64,000 nt of DNA, taken from the NCBI GenBank assembly GCA_964016885.1, contig OZ024741.1:160580001-160644000 (forward strand), read 5' to 3'. The stretch comes from Eledone cirrhosa. Lineage: Eukaryota. The position numbers and the translations under genes are program-made. Positions 26,125 to 42,386 of the stretch are shown in pieces (the first letter of the stretch is position 1; every line of letters begins with the position of its first letter). The notes under the pieces were generated by a model. It ran no database searches and was not told where the DNA came from. It saw only the letters and a program-made list of their open reading frames with translations.

Positions 26125-26516
26125 TGGCAGTGTCGGTAGAGCGTCAGACACTATGCTTTGCAGCATAGAGTAATGGCCCTTTGCGTTCTGAGTTCAAATC
26201 CCCCCGAGGTTAACTTTGCTTTTCATCCTTACGGGGGTCGTTAAAATAAAGCACCAGTAACGTACTGGAATCCATTTAATCGACTTTCCCCTCCCACCAA
26301 ATTACTGGCCTTGTGCCTATGCTAGAAATCATTATTGTGAATTGGCAGTATCGGTAGAGGGTTGGACGCCATGCTTTCTAGCATAGTTACGGCCTTTTAC
26401 AGTCTGAGTTCAAATCCCGCCGAGGTTAACTTTGCCTTTCATCCTTACGGGGTCGATAAAATAAAGTACCAGTAATGTACTGGGTAATTGCTGGCCTTGT
26501 GCCTTAAGTAGAAAAA

Positions 26517-26559
<43 letters not shown>

Positions 26560-27360
26560 GGATTGGCAGAGCGTCTGACAACATATTTAGCGGCATAGAG
26601 TTACGGCCTTTTACGTTCTGAGTTTGAATCACGCCGAGGTTAGCTTTGCCTTTCATCCCTTCGGGGTCGATTGAACGAAGTACCACTCACGCACTGGGGT
26701 CGATTTAATTGACTTCTCCCTTCCCCCAAATTGCTGGCCTTCTGCCTATATAAGAAATCTTTATTATTTTTATTTTTTTGTATCTACAATCTTAACTCAA
26801 ATCCTGCCGAGGTAAATTTTGCTTTTCATCTTTTCAGGTTCAATAAAATAAAATACCAGTTAATTACTGTGGTAGATATAATCGACTTTCCCCAGCCATC
26901 AAGTTGCTGGCCTTATGCCTAGATTAAAGATTATTATATGGACGCTGGATTACCAATATCACAGACCTGTCATCTCCCTCCGTCGGACGGGGAGATCTCC
27001 CACTCATTTTAGGGTGGGTTAGAGATGTCTTCTCTTGTGAAAATGGGTATAGTTTTCATTATGTAAAATCTCCCCATTTTGCCTCATTTCTCCCCGTTTT
27101 GAGGCGCTTTTTTTCATGGTACTTCCCGTTTGGGTTTTTAGAGGTTGGCAGGTCTGAGATCGGTAGAGCGTTGGACAAAATGTTTTGTGCCATTTAGTTA
27201 CGACTCTCTACGTTCTGAGTTCAAATTCCAACGGTATCAACTTTGCCTTTCATGCTTTCATGGTTGATAAAATAAGTACCAATTAAGTACTGGGGCCGAT
27301 ATAATCGACTTTCCCCTTTCCCAAATTGCTGGCCTTGTGCCAACAACAAAAGGAATTATT
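26125..27360 (+). mobile_element. Cluster of ~5 Meta-domain SINE copies
   Basis: Same head/core at ~26125, 26340, 26560, 26790 (partial) and 27160. Confidence 0.85.
26962..27156. mobile_element. ~195-bp MITE inserted in a SINE head
   Basis: Terminal inverted repeats cagacctgtcatctc...gaggttggcaggtctg interrupt the SINE start sequence. Confidence 0.7.
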
Positions 27361-27883
27361 ATGAATTTTTTTATTTCTCTATCATTTTTTATGTTTATTT
27401 TATTTTCTTGCATTTTTTTATCCTTTCCCCCATCCACCTTACTTTCCTCTCCTCCTCAAAACAGATCAAAATTTGATTATAAACAAATTCTTTTGTGTTT
27501 TATCTTAAATTGATCTCTATTTATCGATCTTGTTTGCTAGATTTAATTTTTATTACATACTTTCTCTATAATTACTATTACAGTTACAATAGTTATCATC
27601 ATCATCATCATCATTATTAATTGATTGATTACTAAGATGGAAGCTACGTTTCTTCTCAGCTCCCGTAAGGTTTCCAAAACTGAAACTTTAAGTGTCCTTA
27701 TATTTTGTTGAAAATATTATAAATTTGACAGAAATGTAGACAAACAAGTTTGCTAAACGCAGGTGGGGTTCTCGGGTCCCACTGTGGGTATCGTAGCTTT
27801 GAAAATACTAAAAGTCAACATAACATTTCATCTGTAAATATATATGTATATATATATATTATATTTATATATATATATGTATG

Positions 27884-27940
<57 letters not shown>

Positions 27941-27959
27941 ATGTGTCTGTGTGTGTGTG

Positions 27960-28294
<335 letters not shown>

Positions 28295-28379
28295 CGTAAC
28301 CGACTAGAAGGAAACGGACTGCCAAACATCGGAACGTACCCTTGCACGCCCCCCACCAACGAGAAATTGACTTATGCTA

Positions 28380-28740
28380 CAAAATTCGTGTTGCCACATG
28401 GAGTGTCCTGTCGCTCCTTCGCCCCGGATCAGTCACTCTTCTGTCCTGAAAGCTATCCCACTACAACATCATGCTGGCGGGAAATTCATCTTGGGAGACC
28501 GATGCCTCATCTTGAGTGGCCCTGAGGACCGGACGGGCCTCTGCGGCGTGAGACTGGCCATGCTGAAGCAAGTCCGCAAGTCTCTCATCAGCTGGAACCC
28601 GGTAAGCAACTGTTTGCTTTCCGCCCGTGTTCTCCACGGACACGGGAACATGACTATCGTCGTCACCTATACCCTAACAGTCGTCGCAGAGGACACTGTC
28701 GATGGTGACTACTATGACCAGCTCCAGCTGGTCCTAAAAA
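28380..28740 (+). pseudogene. RTE-clade APE endonuclease fragment
   Basis: KIRVATWSVLSL and KSLISWNPVSNCLLSARV...NMTIVVTYTLT...YYDQLQ. Confidence 0.7.
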
Positions 28741-28769
28741 TGTGGTCAGTGGAAATTTTACTCTAGCAT

Positions 28770-29580
28770 TCTATGGAGGACTAGTGGTGGACAAGTGCGA
28801 CGACGTTCTCGGGAAAATTCTGGGCGTCAACGAAATCGAACTAACCAGTCTGTTCCGAAGAACCTTCGAGCCGAGGACGATCGACAATTTCCAGAAATCC
28901 CCTTCCAGACAACTCTACAGGCACGGAAGTGCTGTCAGATGGATCTGTTTGAGATATGCACAGAGGGTTGAAACCGTTCTGCATGCACTCGTTCACTGCC
29001 CAAACATTGCTAACTTGTGGAATTTTATCGAACAGCTATTATCGCATGTAGGACCAATCCGACTATCGCCCAACTCCATCGCGAGGATCACTCCTCCGCC
29101 TTCTTTTGGATGTAACGAAAGAGGTTGTATGGTGGAGTCTGCGAAAAGGACTGAAGACAAACACTTACATCTTCGGTCAAATCCCTATCAACCTTTCCAA
29201 GTTCTGCATGGAAAGTAATGTGAGGGAAGTGATAGAAGTGCTGTCCCCGAGTACATTTGTTAAAAGGTGAGTGAATGCTGCGAGAGTGGCCCAAGTAGAT
29301 GGGGCTACTCTGATCTAGTGCCTGTAGGCTGGAGAGTTTAGAGAGGGAAGGAACACCTTCGGAAGGTATTCTTGGTGATTAGGGTGGTTTAGGATTTGTG
29401 GGGATCCTAAGTTGTCCCTGGGGGGTACTCCTCCCTACTAGGGAATTTTATTGTTATTAATTTATTGTTAATTTTTCTTATTATCTTTTTTTTTATCTTT
29501 ACACGTTCTATAAAAACTCCCTCTGTCCCTGTTTGTGTACTGTCCTTTACGTTTTGGCCCCAGTGGTCGATAAAAAACAA
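28770..29580 (+). pseudogene. Older Tx1-like LINE 3' fragment
   Basis: DKCDDVLGKILGV...LTSLFRRTF...DNFQKS is homologous to 17885-18512. Confidence 0.8.
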
Positions 29581-29597
29581 TTATTATTTCCCGGGAT

Positions 29598-29780
29598 TTG
29601 GCAGTATCGGTAGAGGGTCGAACGCCATGCTTTGCAGCATTAAGTTACGCCCCTTTCCGTTCTGAGTTCAAATCCCGCCGAGGTTAACTTTGCCTTTCAT
29701 CCTTACGGGGTCGATAAAATAAAGTACCAGTAATGCACTGGGATAATTGCTGGCCTTGTGCCAAAAGAAGAAACAATTAT
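29598..29780 (+). mobile_element. Meta-domain SINE
   Basis: Full head and core. Confidence 0.85.
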
Positions 29781-30004
29781 TATCAAGGATTTGAAATCAC
29801 ACTTGAGTCAACTTTACTATTCATGCTTCAGAGTTTGATAAAATAGATACCAGTGATATACGAGTCAATAGTGTAAACTCTTATACAATTTAGAGGCTTG
29901 TATCAATATAAGAAATATTTATTAGCATTGATTTTCTACGACTCGCTAGCACACGCGCATACACACATATACATATACACATACATATCTATTACATGGA
30001 ATGG

Positions 30005-30330
30005 AATGAAATGCTCTCCGTCAGATACGATGACGAGTGTTCCAGTTGATCTGATCAATAGAACAGCTTGCTCGTGAAATTAACGTGCAAGTGGCTGAGC
30101 ATTCCACAGACCCGCGTACCCTTAACGTTGGTCTCAGGGAGATTCAGCATGACACAGAATGTGACAAGGCTGGTCCTTCGAATTACAGGTATAACCATTT
30201 CTGCCAGCTGTGTGGACTGGAGCAACGTGAAATAAAATGCCTTGCTCAAGGACACAATGCGCCTCTTGGAATCGAACTCACGAATTTACGATTATGAGCC
30301 GAATACTCAACGACAAAGACACGTGCCTTT
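30005..30330 (-). mobile_element. Second tRNA-derived SINE family (CORE/V-like body)
   Basis: Minus: B-box gagttcgattcc, then gtgtccttgagcaaggcattttatttcacgttgctcc. Related pieces at 42555-42675 (-), 46590-46920 (+) and 58435-58505 (+). Confidence 0.75.
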
Positions 30331-30551
30331 ACTTCATCTATAATATGTACATACATATACACACATAATTACACGCACGCATATACACATACAGGCGTAC
30401 AACTACACACACATGCACATATTTACGTTGGGTTTTACAAACGGAAAAAGACAATTCAATACATACATAAAAAGAATGTGTATTTTTCTTATACAAACAA
30501 ACACACATACACATACAAATATAGACTTAAATATTGTATATAACATATATG

Positions 30552-30628
<77 letters not shown>

Positions 30629-30699
30629 GTAGGTCCCGGGTTGAGTCGGGGATAACCGCAGTAAGTAAGGTACTCAATACATATATATATATATATATT

Positions 30700-30880
30700 T
30701 ATATGTAAAAGGTAAACAGAAATAACAACACAATCGGTACAGTATATGGAAGATATGCATTAGGTTAATGCTTGAAATAGCAGGATGAGGGTCTTAACGT
30801 TTCGGACACTAGTCCTTCATCAGAAGAAAGAATGAGAAATAAAATAGATTAAGGGGACGGGCGGGATGGAATTGCAAAAA
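30700..30880 (-). mobile_element. PLE terminal remnant with intact minimal hammerhead at 30792-30827
   Basis: Minus: tctt-CTGATGA-a ggac tagt gtcc-GAAAC GT T-aaga, with loopless palindromic stem III AACGTT. Confidence 0.75.
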
Positions 30881-31139
30881 ATGTCTTTAGATAAAAATAA
30901 TAGGTCCATTCATGTGTGTGTGTATATATCTATGTATGTATGTATGTATGTAATAGAAAATACATAGATAGTTAAATAGATATATTTCTTTATTTGCCAC
31001 AAGGGCGCAAGAAGGCCAGATAGTATGTATATAACAGATAAAGAATTATAGATAGATAGAGAGAGAGGAAAAATACACGTGTGAGCATATAAATATGTAT
31101 GTACGTGTATATGTATATATATATATGTATACACACACA

Positions 31140-31281
<142 letters not shown>

Positions 31282-31325
31282 CATATATATGTATATATAT
31301 ATGTGTATATATTTATATGTATATT

Positions 31326-31545
31326 TATTGGAGCTAGGACCAAAGTATGACTGAACCTGGATTTGCGGACAAAGAGCGCAGCTCCCTAATTCATAGTCTA
31401 CAAATGGCTGCGATAGCTGGCACCTACAAAATTTGCAAAACATTCTTGCGATTCAAGGGATTACAATTTCTTTTCTTTTACAACCTTGCCACCAGGAAGG
31501 TGGCCGGTCAAAAAAATATACTCGAAATTAAGAGAAAGAGATAAC
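31326..31545 (+). pseudogene. 3' end of an R4/Dong-like LINE (related family) ending in (CATA)n
   Basis: [32 protein letters not shown] aligns with GFTGTERTQLVRKLQVQSINGTVKICKTFQKF. Terminus ctcgaaattaagagaaagagataac recurs at ~43668. Confidence 0.75.
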
Positions 31546-31605
31546 ATACATACATACATACATACATACATACATACATACATACATACATACATACATA
31601 CATAC

Positions 31606-34600
31606 ACGCGATCTGTCGCATATTTTGGCGTGGGAGATAATTTATTAAATTTAAGATGAATACTATCTCCTACGGTAATGCCACAACTACAGTCAGGTTG
31701 AATAACTGGTTATTCTTCTAACTATATCTTCTGAAGACACCTTTTATTCGAATTCGTAGAGATATCCGACTAAATACATAATTCATTTTACAAGGATTTG
31801 CTACAAACAGCATGGCTGAACACAACATCGACAAAAAAATTAAGGAAGTATCGAAGACAAATAACAAGGAAGGTAATCAAACTTTATTCAGTTGTAGCTA
31901 CAGAAGAAACCGAAATTATAAATCGCATTTCTCTTGGAGTTGCGAACTTAATAATAATTTATTTAATTGTTATAAAATGGCCCAAAACAATCCCGCCATT
32001 GGCTATATGAACAGAATGAAGCTACAATGGGACGAAATGCACCCAGAGCTAAATTATTTCACAGCGCCAACAAGTGACGTTTGTTGAACGTAAAAATAAG
32101 ATAAATATTATTAATTGTAAGTCCCCCACAACAAACATGTTATCATGCTACTAGACTTCCTAGCAGTCAGGTCGAACAGCGTCTTGAAACAACTATGCCT
32201 GTAAGAAACTTGACACCACCTATACCATCTAAGTCTACCTCGAATGCTGGGGAAAACACTATCGATAATAATAATGATCGAAGAAATAATAATAATAATC
32301 GAAGAAATTTGACACCACGTGTACCTCTGAGTCTACCTCGACTGTTGTGGAAAATACTATCGATAATGATAATAACCAAAAGTATAAACAATTGAAAATT
32401 TCCCTCAACGAAATCTTCCAAAGAGAAATCAACTCTGAAATTAACTGTCTTGCTGAACGTGTTAAAACGACAATGTTTAATAAAAAACCAAATAATGAAA
32501 TATTACGTGTTATTGATGAAATAGGAGATGAATATTTACGACGGATAAAAACCCCAACATTTTGGCAAATCAACGCCTGTTTATATACCATAGCAACAAC
32601 AGTGAAGCATTATCTTGGTGATAGCAGAGATCTTCACAAGAACAGAACACCACCAAAAATACCATCATATATAACTAAAATAGAAAAAAAGATTGCTGAC
32701 CTACGAAAAAACATAGGTTATGTGACAATGCTCCTTACATGCAAACAAACACAAAAAAACTCACTCCTCACCAACAAAGAGTGAAAAATAAAATAGAGAC
32801 GATGTTTAGTAACAGTAGAACCAGAACTTTCCAATATAAGCTGATCATGGTCAAACAAGAATTGAGAGCTGTTAGCGAAAAACGCCGATACCTGAAGAAG
32901 GTAGATGAGAGAAAAGTGCCTAATAAAAGATTCAGACGAAACCAAACATCAGTCTATAGAGATAGGAAGGGCAAAATAATAAGTGTCACTGAGGCCCCAT
33001 CCCAGAAAGACATAGATTCCTTTTGGAGCAAAATATGGGGTGAAAAGAAGAATTTCAACCTAGATGCAGTGTGGCTAAGAGAAATCCGAAAGAACTATTG
33101 CTCCTACACTACAACAAAAACATACGAAATAAGTGAGGATACCCTTGAGACTGTGATAGGAAAACTCCAAGATAAGAAAACAACCAGGAAGAGACATGAT
33201 TGTCGGCTACTGATACAAAAAACTGATATTCTATTGGAGGTATCTTACTGACCTCTACAACAAGTTCTTAAGGGAGATACACTTATATCAGAATGGTTGA
33301 CATTAGCACAAACATTACTGGTCTCCAAGAACAAAGACACCCACTTGGCAAAAACTACCGACCCATTGCATGCCAGAACCTGATGTATAAGATGTATACA
33401 GTCTGTCTGAACCTATTCCTCCAAGATCACTGTGAAAATAATAACATCATCATAGATGAACAAGCAGCTGGAAAGAAAGGGGTTTGGGGATGTGCTGAAC
33501 AACTCCTAATCAACAAAACTGCGATGTCGGAGGTGCGACAACTTAGGAAGAATATGGCTACAGTCTGGCTGGACTACAGGAAAGCTTTCGATTCTGTTCC
33601 CCACTCTTGGATGATAGAGGCCCGCCAACTTGCTAAAGTCCCAGACATTATTGTCAGAGCCATAGAGAGGCTGTCTTTTTCTTGGGCTACTATCCTAGGT
33701 TAAAGACAGAGAGGGAGGACTCTATTCTCACTGATAAAATAAAATATTTCAGGGGGACAGTCTCTCTGTGATATTATTCATCTTGTCATTAAACCCCTTG
33801 TCCTTTCTGCTCAAGAAATGTGAGGGATACATCATTGGCTCACAGGAGGACAGAAATACGAACCTAACCCATAACTTCTTTGTGGACGATCTGAAACTCT
33901 ATGCCAAGAACATGGATGGGATGAAGAAAATTCTTGACCTGGTTACAACGTTCTCAAAGGATATAGGAATGGAGTTTGGCCAAGATAAATGCTCATACAT
34001 GACTGTAAAGTGGGGAAAAACAACAACCCAATCTAGCAACATTGTCATCAATGGCCTAACTGTTTCACCGATATCTGATGAGGACTGCTACAGATACCTG
34101 GGGATAGATGAGAACATATCCTATAATGGTATCTGTAATAAAAAAACGCGTAACCAGGGAATACTATATCCTATTAAGAAAGATCTGGTCATCGGAACTC
34201 TCTGCGCAAAACAAAACAGTGGCTCACAATGTGTTTGCTGTGTCTGTCCTAACACCAACGTTTGGAATACTCAATTGGACGTTAGACGAAATCCGAGCAG
34301 TTGATGTTGGAACTCGAAAAATACTGAACAACACCGGAAACTTCCACATCAACAGTGACATAGACCGCCTTTACTTGAAACGTAAGCAGGGAGGCAGAGG
34401 CCTAACATCAGTCCAGACAACATTTGAATGTCGCATCATATCTCTCCGACAACATCTACGAACCTTGAAAAGTAGGAGCCCGTTTCTCGAGAAAGTCTAT
34501 CTGCATGAAACAGATAAGATCATGAGAGTTGGGAAGGAACTCCTCGAGATATATTCCCTGTGTGATAATCAAAAACTCACACCCAGGGATGTCGCTCAAC

Positions 34601-35692
34601 AGTATCGCAGTGAATCCATGGATGAAAAACTGCATGCTTATCAGCAAAAAATCATGCATGGATATGTTGCCAGGAAGCTCCAGAGTGAGAGTAATATAGA
34701 TAAGGAAAGTAGTCTATCTTGGACCAACAACCGCTATATTGGCTCGCACTTTGAAGGATACGCTTTTGCAATCCAGGAACAGGAGATTAACACGAAATAC
34801 CTGATTCACAAAAGAAATAGGGATGCAGGCAAAACACCTAGATGTGATAACAAGTGCAGACTCTGCAGAACTAACATCGAGGATATCACCCATGCCATCA
34901 GCAGCTGTCCAAAGATGTCATCGCGGTACTATATACCTATGAGGCATGATGTAGTGGCCAAAACACTATACAATACATTTCGTAAAAAAGATAGCCCCGA
35001 TAATAAACACATTAAAAGCTACAGCAATGTGGAAGACATCCATGTACATAATATGAAAGAGTACTGGTGGAATGTTCCAGTAAAAACCCCAATAAAATGC
35101 TGGCATAACAGACCAGATATTATGATATGGGACAGAGAGAAGAAAGCATGCACAGTAGTGGAAATTAGCTGCCCAGCAGATGCCAATATAATATCAAAGA
35201 TTAGTGAAAAGGAGAATATTTATGCAGAACTGATGAGAAATCTACAGATACTCCACCTTGATTACACCTTCAGATTTATGCCTGTGATTATTGGGGCACT
35301 GGGATATGTTAGTAACTGCCTCAATACAAATCTTAAGAAGCTAGGCTTCACAGGAACAGAAAGAACACAACTAGTTAGGAAATTACAAGTCCAATCCATT
35401 AATGGAACAGTAAAAATATGTAAAACATTCCAAAAATTTAGCATCTAATAACTGCATATACACATGTACAGATGCAAAGCATATACACATGCACAGATAC
35501 AACTCAAAACATACACATCCACACATCCACACATACAATAACATCCATATCTACACATGCATGCATGCATACACACATACCTACCTAGTTGATGTTGTGT
35601 AAATTCCAATGAGAGAGTCTTGTGTCTATGTTAGAAACCGACTCTCTCTCTCTCTATTGGTAAAACTTTGTGAAATTATAAAACCAGAAGAA
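31606..35692 (+). mobile_element. Near-full-length R4/Dong-like non-LTR retrotransposon (RT + restriction-like endonuclease), frameshifted
   Basis: KNYRPIAC, WLDYRKAFDSVPH, FQGDSLS, THNFFVDDLKLY, YRYLG, RLYLKRKQGGRGL, CRLC..EDITHAISSC, RHD, RPD..E..K..Y. Flanked on both sides by (CATA)n. Confidence 0.92.
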
Positions 35693-35974
35693 CATACATA
35701 CATATATACATACACACATACATACACACATACATACACACATACATACAAACATACATACACACATACACACACACATACATACATACATACATACATA
35801 CATACATACACACACACATACACACATACATACATACATACATCCATACATACATACATACATCCATACATCCATCCATCCATACATACATACATACATA
35901 CATACATACATACACACATACATACATACATACATACATATATACATACACACACACATACATACATACATACA

Positions 35975-36008
<34 letters not shown>

Positions 36009-36224
36009 CATACACACATACATACACATACATACATACATACATACATACATACATACATACATACATACACACATACATACATACATACATACATACA
36101 CACATACATACACATACATACATACATACATACACACATACATACACATACATACATACATACACACATACATACATCCATACATACATACACACATACA
36201 TACATACATACATACATACACACA

Positions 36225-36258
<34 letters not shown>

Positions 36259-36309
36259 CATACACACACACATACATACATACACACACACATACATACA
36301 TACATACAT

Positions 36310-36340
<31 letters not shown>

Positions 36341-36510
36341 TACACACATACATACATACATACATACATACATACATACATACATACATACATACATACG
36401 TACGTACGTACGTACGTACATACATACATCCATACATACATACATACATACATACATACATACATACATACATACATACATACATACATACATACATACA
36501 TACATACGTA
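35693..36510. repeat. (CATA)n microsatellite
   Basis: Read directly from the sequence. Confidence 0.95.
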
Positions 36511-36715
36511 CGTAGCTATCTACTGAGGTGTGATTGATGTTAGTATTGTAGTTATCTTATCCTGGCATAATTCTGTTGTCTTGATTTTTTTTTCTTGTCT
36601 GATCATCTACGGAATTGATATCGATCTGTTTCGTTTAAAAGTACTGCCGACTTCGAAAATCATTGACTGAACTGATCAGTGGTAGAATCTAACACTGGGT
36701 GTTACCTTTATCACC

Positions 36716-37395
36716 TGGTGGTGGTGATAGTGGAGAAGGTGGTGGTGATGGTAGTGGTGATGGTAGTGGCGATGGTGGTGGTGATGGTGGTGGTGATGGT
36801 GGTGGTGATGGTGATAGTGGTGGTGGTGGTGGTGTAAGTGGTGGTGATGGTGATGGTAGTGGTGATGGTAGTGGCGATGGTGGTGGTGATGGTGGTGGTG
36901 ATGGTGGTGGTGATAGTGGTGGTGATAGTGGCGGTGATGATGATAGTGGTGGTGATGGTGTAAGTGGTGGTGATGGTGATGATGATAGTGGTGGTGATGG
37001 TGGTATTCATGATAGTGGTAATGGTGATGGTGGTGGTGGTGATGGTGGTGATGGTGGTGATGGTGGTGGTGGTGATGGTGGTGATGGTGATGGTGGTATT
37101 CATGATGGTGGAGAAGGTGGTGGTGATGGTGGTGGTGGTGGTGGTGGTGGCGGCGGGGAATATGGTGGGGATGGTGGTGGTGATGGTGGTGATAGTAGTG
37201 GTGATGGTGGTGGTGATGGTGGAGAAGGTGGTCATTGTGATGGTGGTAGTGATGGTGAAGAAGGTAGTGATAGGGGTGGTGGTGGTGATATTCATGATGG
37301 TGGTAGTAGTAGTGGTGGTGTGGATGTTTATTGATTATGGTGGAGGGATTATCTGGTGGTGGTGGTGATGATGATGATGGTTGTGGTAGTGGTAT
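36716..37395. repeat. (GGT/GAT)n degenerate trinucleotide repeat
   Basis: Read directly from the sequence. Confidence 0.9.
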
Positions 37396-37584
37396 GTAAG
37401 TGTATTTCGGTTGCTGTTTGTTTATGCACCATCACGTAGTAGTTCGGCAATTTACGATCGATAAAATAAGTGTCTGACTTAAAAAGATAAATACTGACAT
37501 CGTTATGTTCCACTAAATCCCTTCGGGGCGAAGACCCAGTATAGTCGCCGTCTAAAGACTCAAACGCATGAAATATTAAAATAA

Positions 37585-37720
37585 TTGTTTCTACTTTTGG
37601 CACAAGGCCAGCAATTATCCCAGTGTATTACTGGTACTTTACTTTATCGACCCCGTAAGGATGAAAGGTAAAGTTAACCTCGGCGAGATTTGAACTCAGA
37701 TCATAAAGGGCCGTAACTCT
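37585..37720 (-). mobile_element. 5'-truncated Meta-domain SINE
   Basis: Core motif on the minus strand. Confidence 0.8.
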
Positions 37721-38095
37721 GAATAAATATATGGTATATCGTTGCCGGAATGTGTGGTTGTAATCACTAAAAAAAGAGCCCTCAATAGGTAAACATAGAG
37801 GTAAATATATTTAATATATTTCGTTTCTGAATTTGCTTAGCAAGATTCTTTATCTGAAATCGTGTGTTGAAACCGATATTGTTATACTTTGAAGTGAAAG
37901 CAACTGGTGCGTGTGTTTCTTATTGGCAACATGACCCTCCCAAAGTATAACAATATTAATATATTATGTTATATAAAACATGACAAACTGGCATATACTT
38001 TCCTAGATACTCAGAGTTTCTCGAAGCATCAATAACATTACCTTGGTTCTGGAATGTGTATATAATATATATATTTAATTATCCAAATAAAAGAT

Positions 38096-38166
38096 TTCTA
38101 TCTGATGAACGGATTCAGACGCCTCTGTTAGAATCGTCTGACTTCGTGAAACCTTGGGTAATGGAA
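38096..38166 (+). ncRNA. Intact type I hammerhead ribozyme
   Basis: ttctat-CTGATGA-acgga t tcagacg...cgtctga c ttcgt-GAAA CC ttg GG TA-atggaa. All three stems form. TA-rich array begins ~95 bp downstream. Confidence 0.85.
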
Positions 38167-38259
38167 TAATTATATTGTGTTGTTTATTATGTAATTAAAT
38201 AGTTCTGTACTACACATAGAGCACTCTTCTTTCCTTTACCTTTTCCACGAAAATTCTTA

Positions 38260-39830
<1,571 letters not shown>

Positions 39831-39933
39831 GCCACTATTAGTTATTGTCCTTGAATTTATTTGCTGTTATTCATATATATATGTTAGTGTACACACATAT
39901 ATATATATGTGTGTGTGTGTATACATACTTGTG

Positions 39934-39968
<35 letters not shown>

Positions 39969-39981
39969 ATACATACTTCTG

Positions 39982-40024
<43 letters not shown>

Positions 40025-40161
40025 TTAGGGCGGTCAAGTATGAAATTTGTAGAAATTTGTAAAAAAGAAACTAATTTCTACAAATGTCATACTTGACGAT
40101 CCAATATATATATGTATGTATGTAGAGAGATAGAGAGTGAGAGAGGGGGAGAGGAGAGGGA

Positions 40162-40234
<73 letters not shown>

Positions 40235-40344
40235 TGGCAAAACGGATTAATATATTTTGAAATCTTGTGATGTTGGCAACACTAACAGAGGTTTGGTCTC
40301 TGTAGAAGTAGTAGTTGCTGTTTGTTATTATTTTTGTCCCATGT

Positions 40345-40490
40345 AGGGCGGTAGATTGGCAGTATCGGTAGAGCGTCCGACATCATGCTTTGCGGCATAG
40401 AGTAATGGCCCTTCATAATCTGAGTTCGATTAAATCGACTTTCCCCGCCCCCAAATATTGCTGGCCTTGTGCCTATATAAGAAACCATTA
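40345..40490 (+). mobile_element. Internally deleted Meta-family SINE
   Basis: Head and tail present, core missing. Confidence 0.7.
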
Positions 40491-41028
40491 TTTTTGCCCC
40501 ATGTGTGTTCTGTTTGATTAAACTTTCATCATTAAAAACATTCCATCCATGACCATCCTCATTCTTTGTTTTAATATATTTATATATAGCGTATATAGTG
40601 TATATCCGACACTACGTTGCATAATGTATTCCTACATAGTTTGTGACGGGTAGAGTCCTGTTTGAGGGACATTTGGCTGTTTTTCATCGGGTCACAATGC
40701 TAATAAGGGAGGTCACAACGATAATAAGGGTGAGGGTGGTTGAAATTGTGGTGTGAGTGACTGTGTGTATGGCATGAAGGAGCTTGGTGGTTCGAATGAA
40801 AGTTAGAACGTAAAGATGTGGGTTGATTAGATGGTCACTAAAATATATTGATAGAGCTGTATGTATCTGTCTATTTATATGAACTGAATGTAAGCATGTT
40901 TTTAATTGTATATATATATATGTTTGTGTATGCGCGCGTGTATGTGAATGTATGTAGATGTATGTGAGTGTGTATGTGTGTGTTTATATAACATATATTT
41001 GTGTGTATATATATATATAGAGAGAGAG

Positions 41029-41379
41029 AGAAAGGATAAAAAGGACGATTGATTATTCCTTCATTGCATTTATTGATAGGTGACGCGCGTTTCGCCACTG
41101 ATCAGCTCAAGGTTCGATCTATATGCTATAGCATTTTAAGTGGGTCCGTCGAGTTGAGGATTATTGAGTCGGGTAGGATCGATATAGATCGAACCTTGAG
41201 CTGATCAGTGGCAAAACGCGCGTCACCTATCAATAAATGCAATGAAGGAATAATCAATCGTCCTTTTTATCCTTTCTATATATTACACCCTGTATAGTTC
41301 TACACATCATCACAGAAGTGAACCTTAACATCGAGTGCTCACCCGGGTGGACCTGCAGTAACTCCTAGTTACACCCCCT

Positions 41380-41381
<2 letters not shown>
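41029..41381. mobile_element. Fold-back PLE terminal remnant carrying the 3' half of a hammerhead
   Basis: Arms 41029-41124 and 41182-41277, with gtggc GAAAC GCGC GTC acct (one arm AAAAC). The longer arm runs to (TA)n at 41382. Confidence 0.7.
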
Positions 41382-41447
<66 letters not shown>

Positions 41448-41451
<4 letters not shown>

Positions 41452-42386
41452 GGAAAAGAATGAAACGAAATTTCATTTCTCACACTTAGTACGGCTAGTA
41501 CTTAAATGTAAGTATGTATGTATACGCACATACATATATGTATACAGACGTGCAGTAGTATGTATATATATACATACATGCACACATATATATATGTACG
41601 TATGGGTTTACCGAACATTTACTATAATGCTCGGTTTGTTTGTAAACAAACAGCCCGAATTACGCCGTACAGTGTTCAGGCAACCATCGTCACCTTTTTG
41701 TTCAACACTGACACAGGAACGATGTACTAGTTTCAAGCTTATTAGCTATCGTCAGCATCGTATACCTTTCTGTCAGATGGTTGAACGTCTGAAAGTATAT
41801 ACTTTCCTTGTGCGCACCGAAAACGATAAATGGAAAAGAATGAAACGAAATTTCATTTCTCACTCTTAGTGTATATGTGCATGTATGTATATATATACAT
41901 ACTACTGTACGTCTGTATACATATATGTATGTGCGTATACATACATACTTACATTTAAGTACCAGTCGTACTAAGAGTGAGAAATGAAATTTCGTTTCAT
42001 TCTTTTCCATTTATCGTTTTCGGTGCGCCCGGCCGACTAACTCACTCGATATGCAAATTAGGCTGCTCAGCCGTTAATATGCATAAGGAAAGTATATACT
42101 TTCAGACGTTCAACCATCTGACAGAAAGGTATACGATGCTGACGATAGCTAATAAGCTTGAAACTAGTACATCGTTCCTGTGTCAGTGTTGAACAAAAAG
42201 GTGACGTGGTTGCCTGAACACTGTACGGCGTAATTCAGGCTTTTTGCTTGTTTACAAACAAACAATCCGAGCATTATAATAAATGTTCGGTAAACCCATA
42301 CGTACATATATATATGTGTGCATGTATGTATATATATACATACTACTGTACGTCTGTATACATATATGTATGTGTGTATACATACT

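Noticed and set aside
24730-27360. tRNA genes
   Set aside because: A/B boxes belong to SINE heads with no full cloverleaf.
36699-37334. Gly/Asp-rich 211-aa protein
   Set aside because: GGT/GAT repeat open in several frames, with no splice or start evidence.
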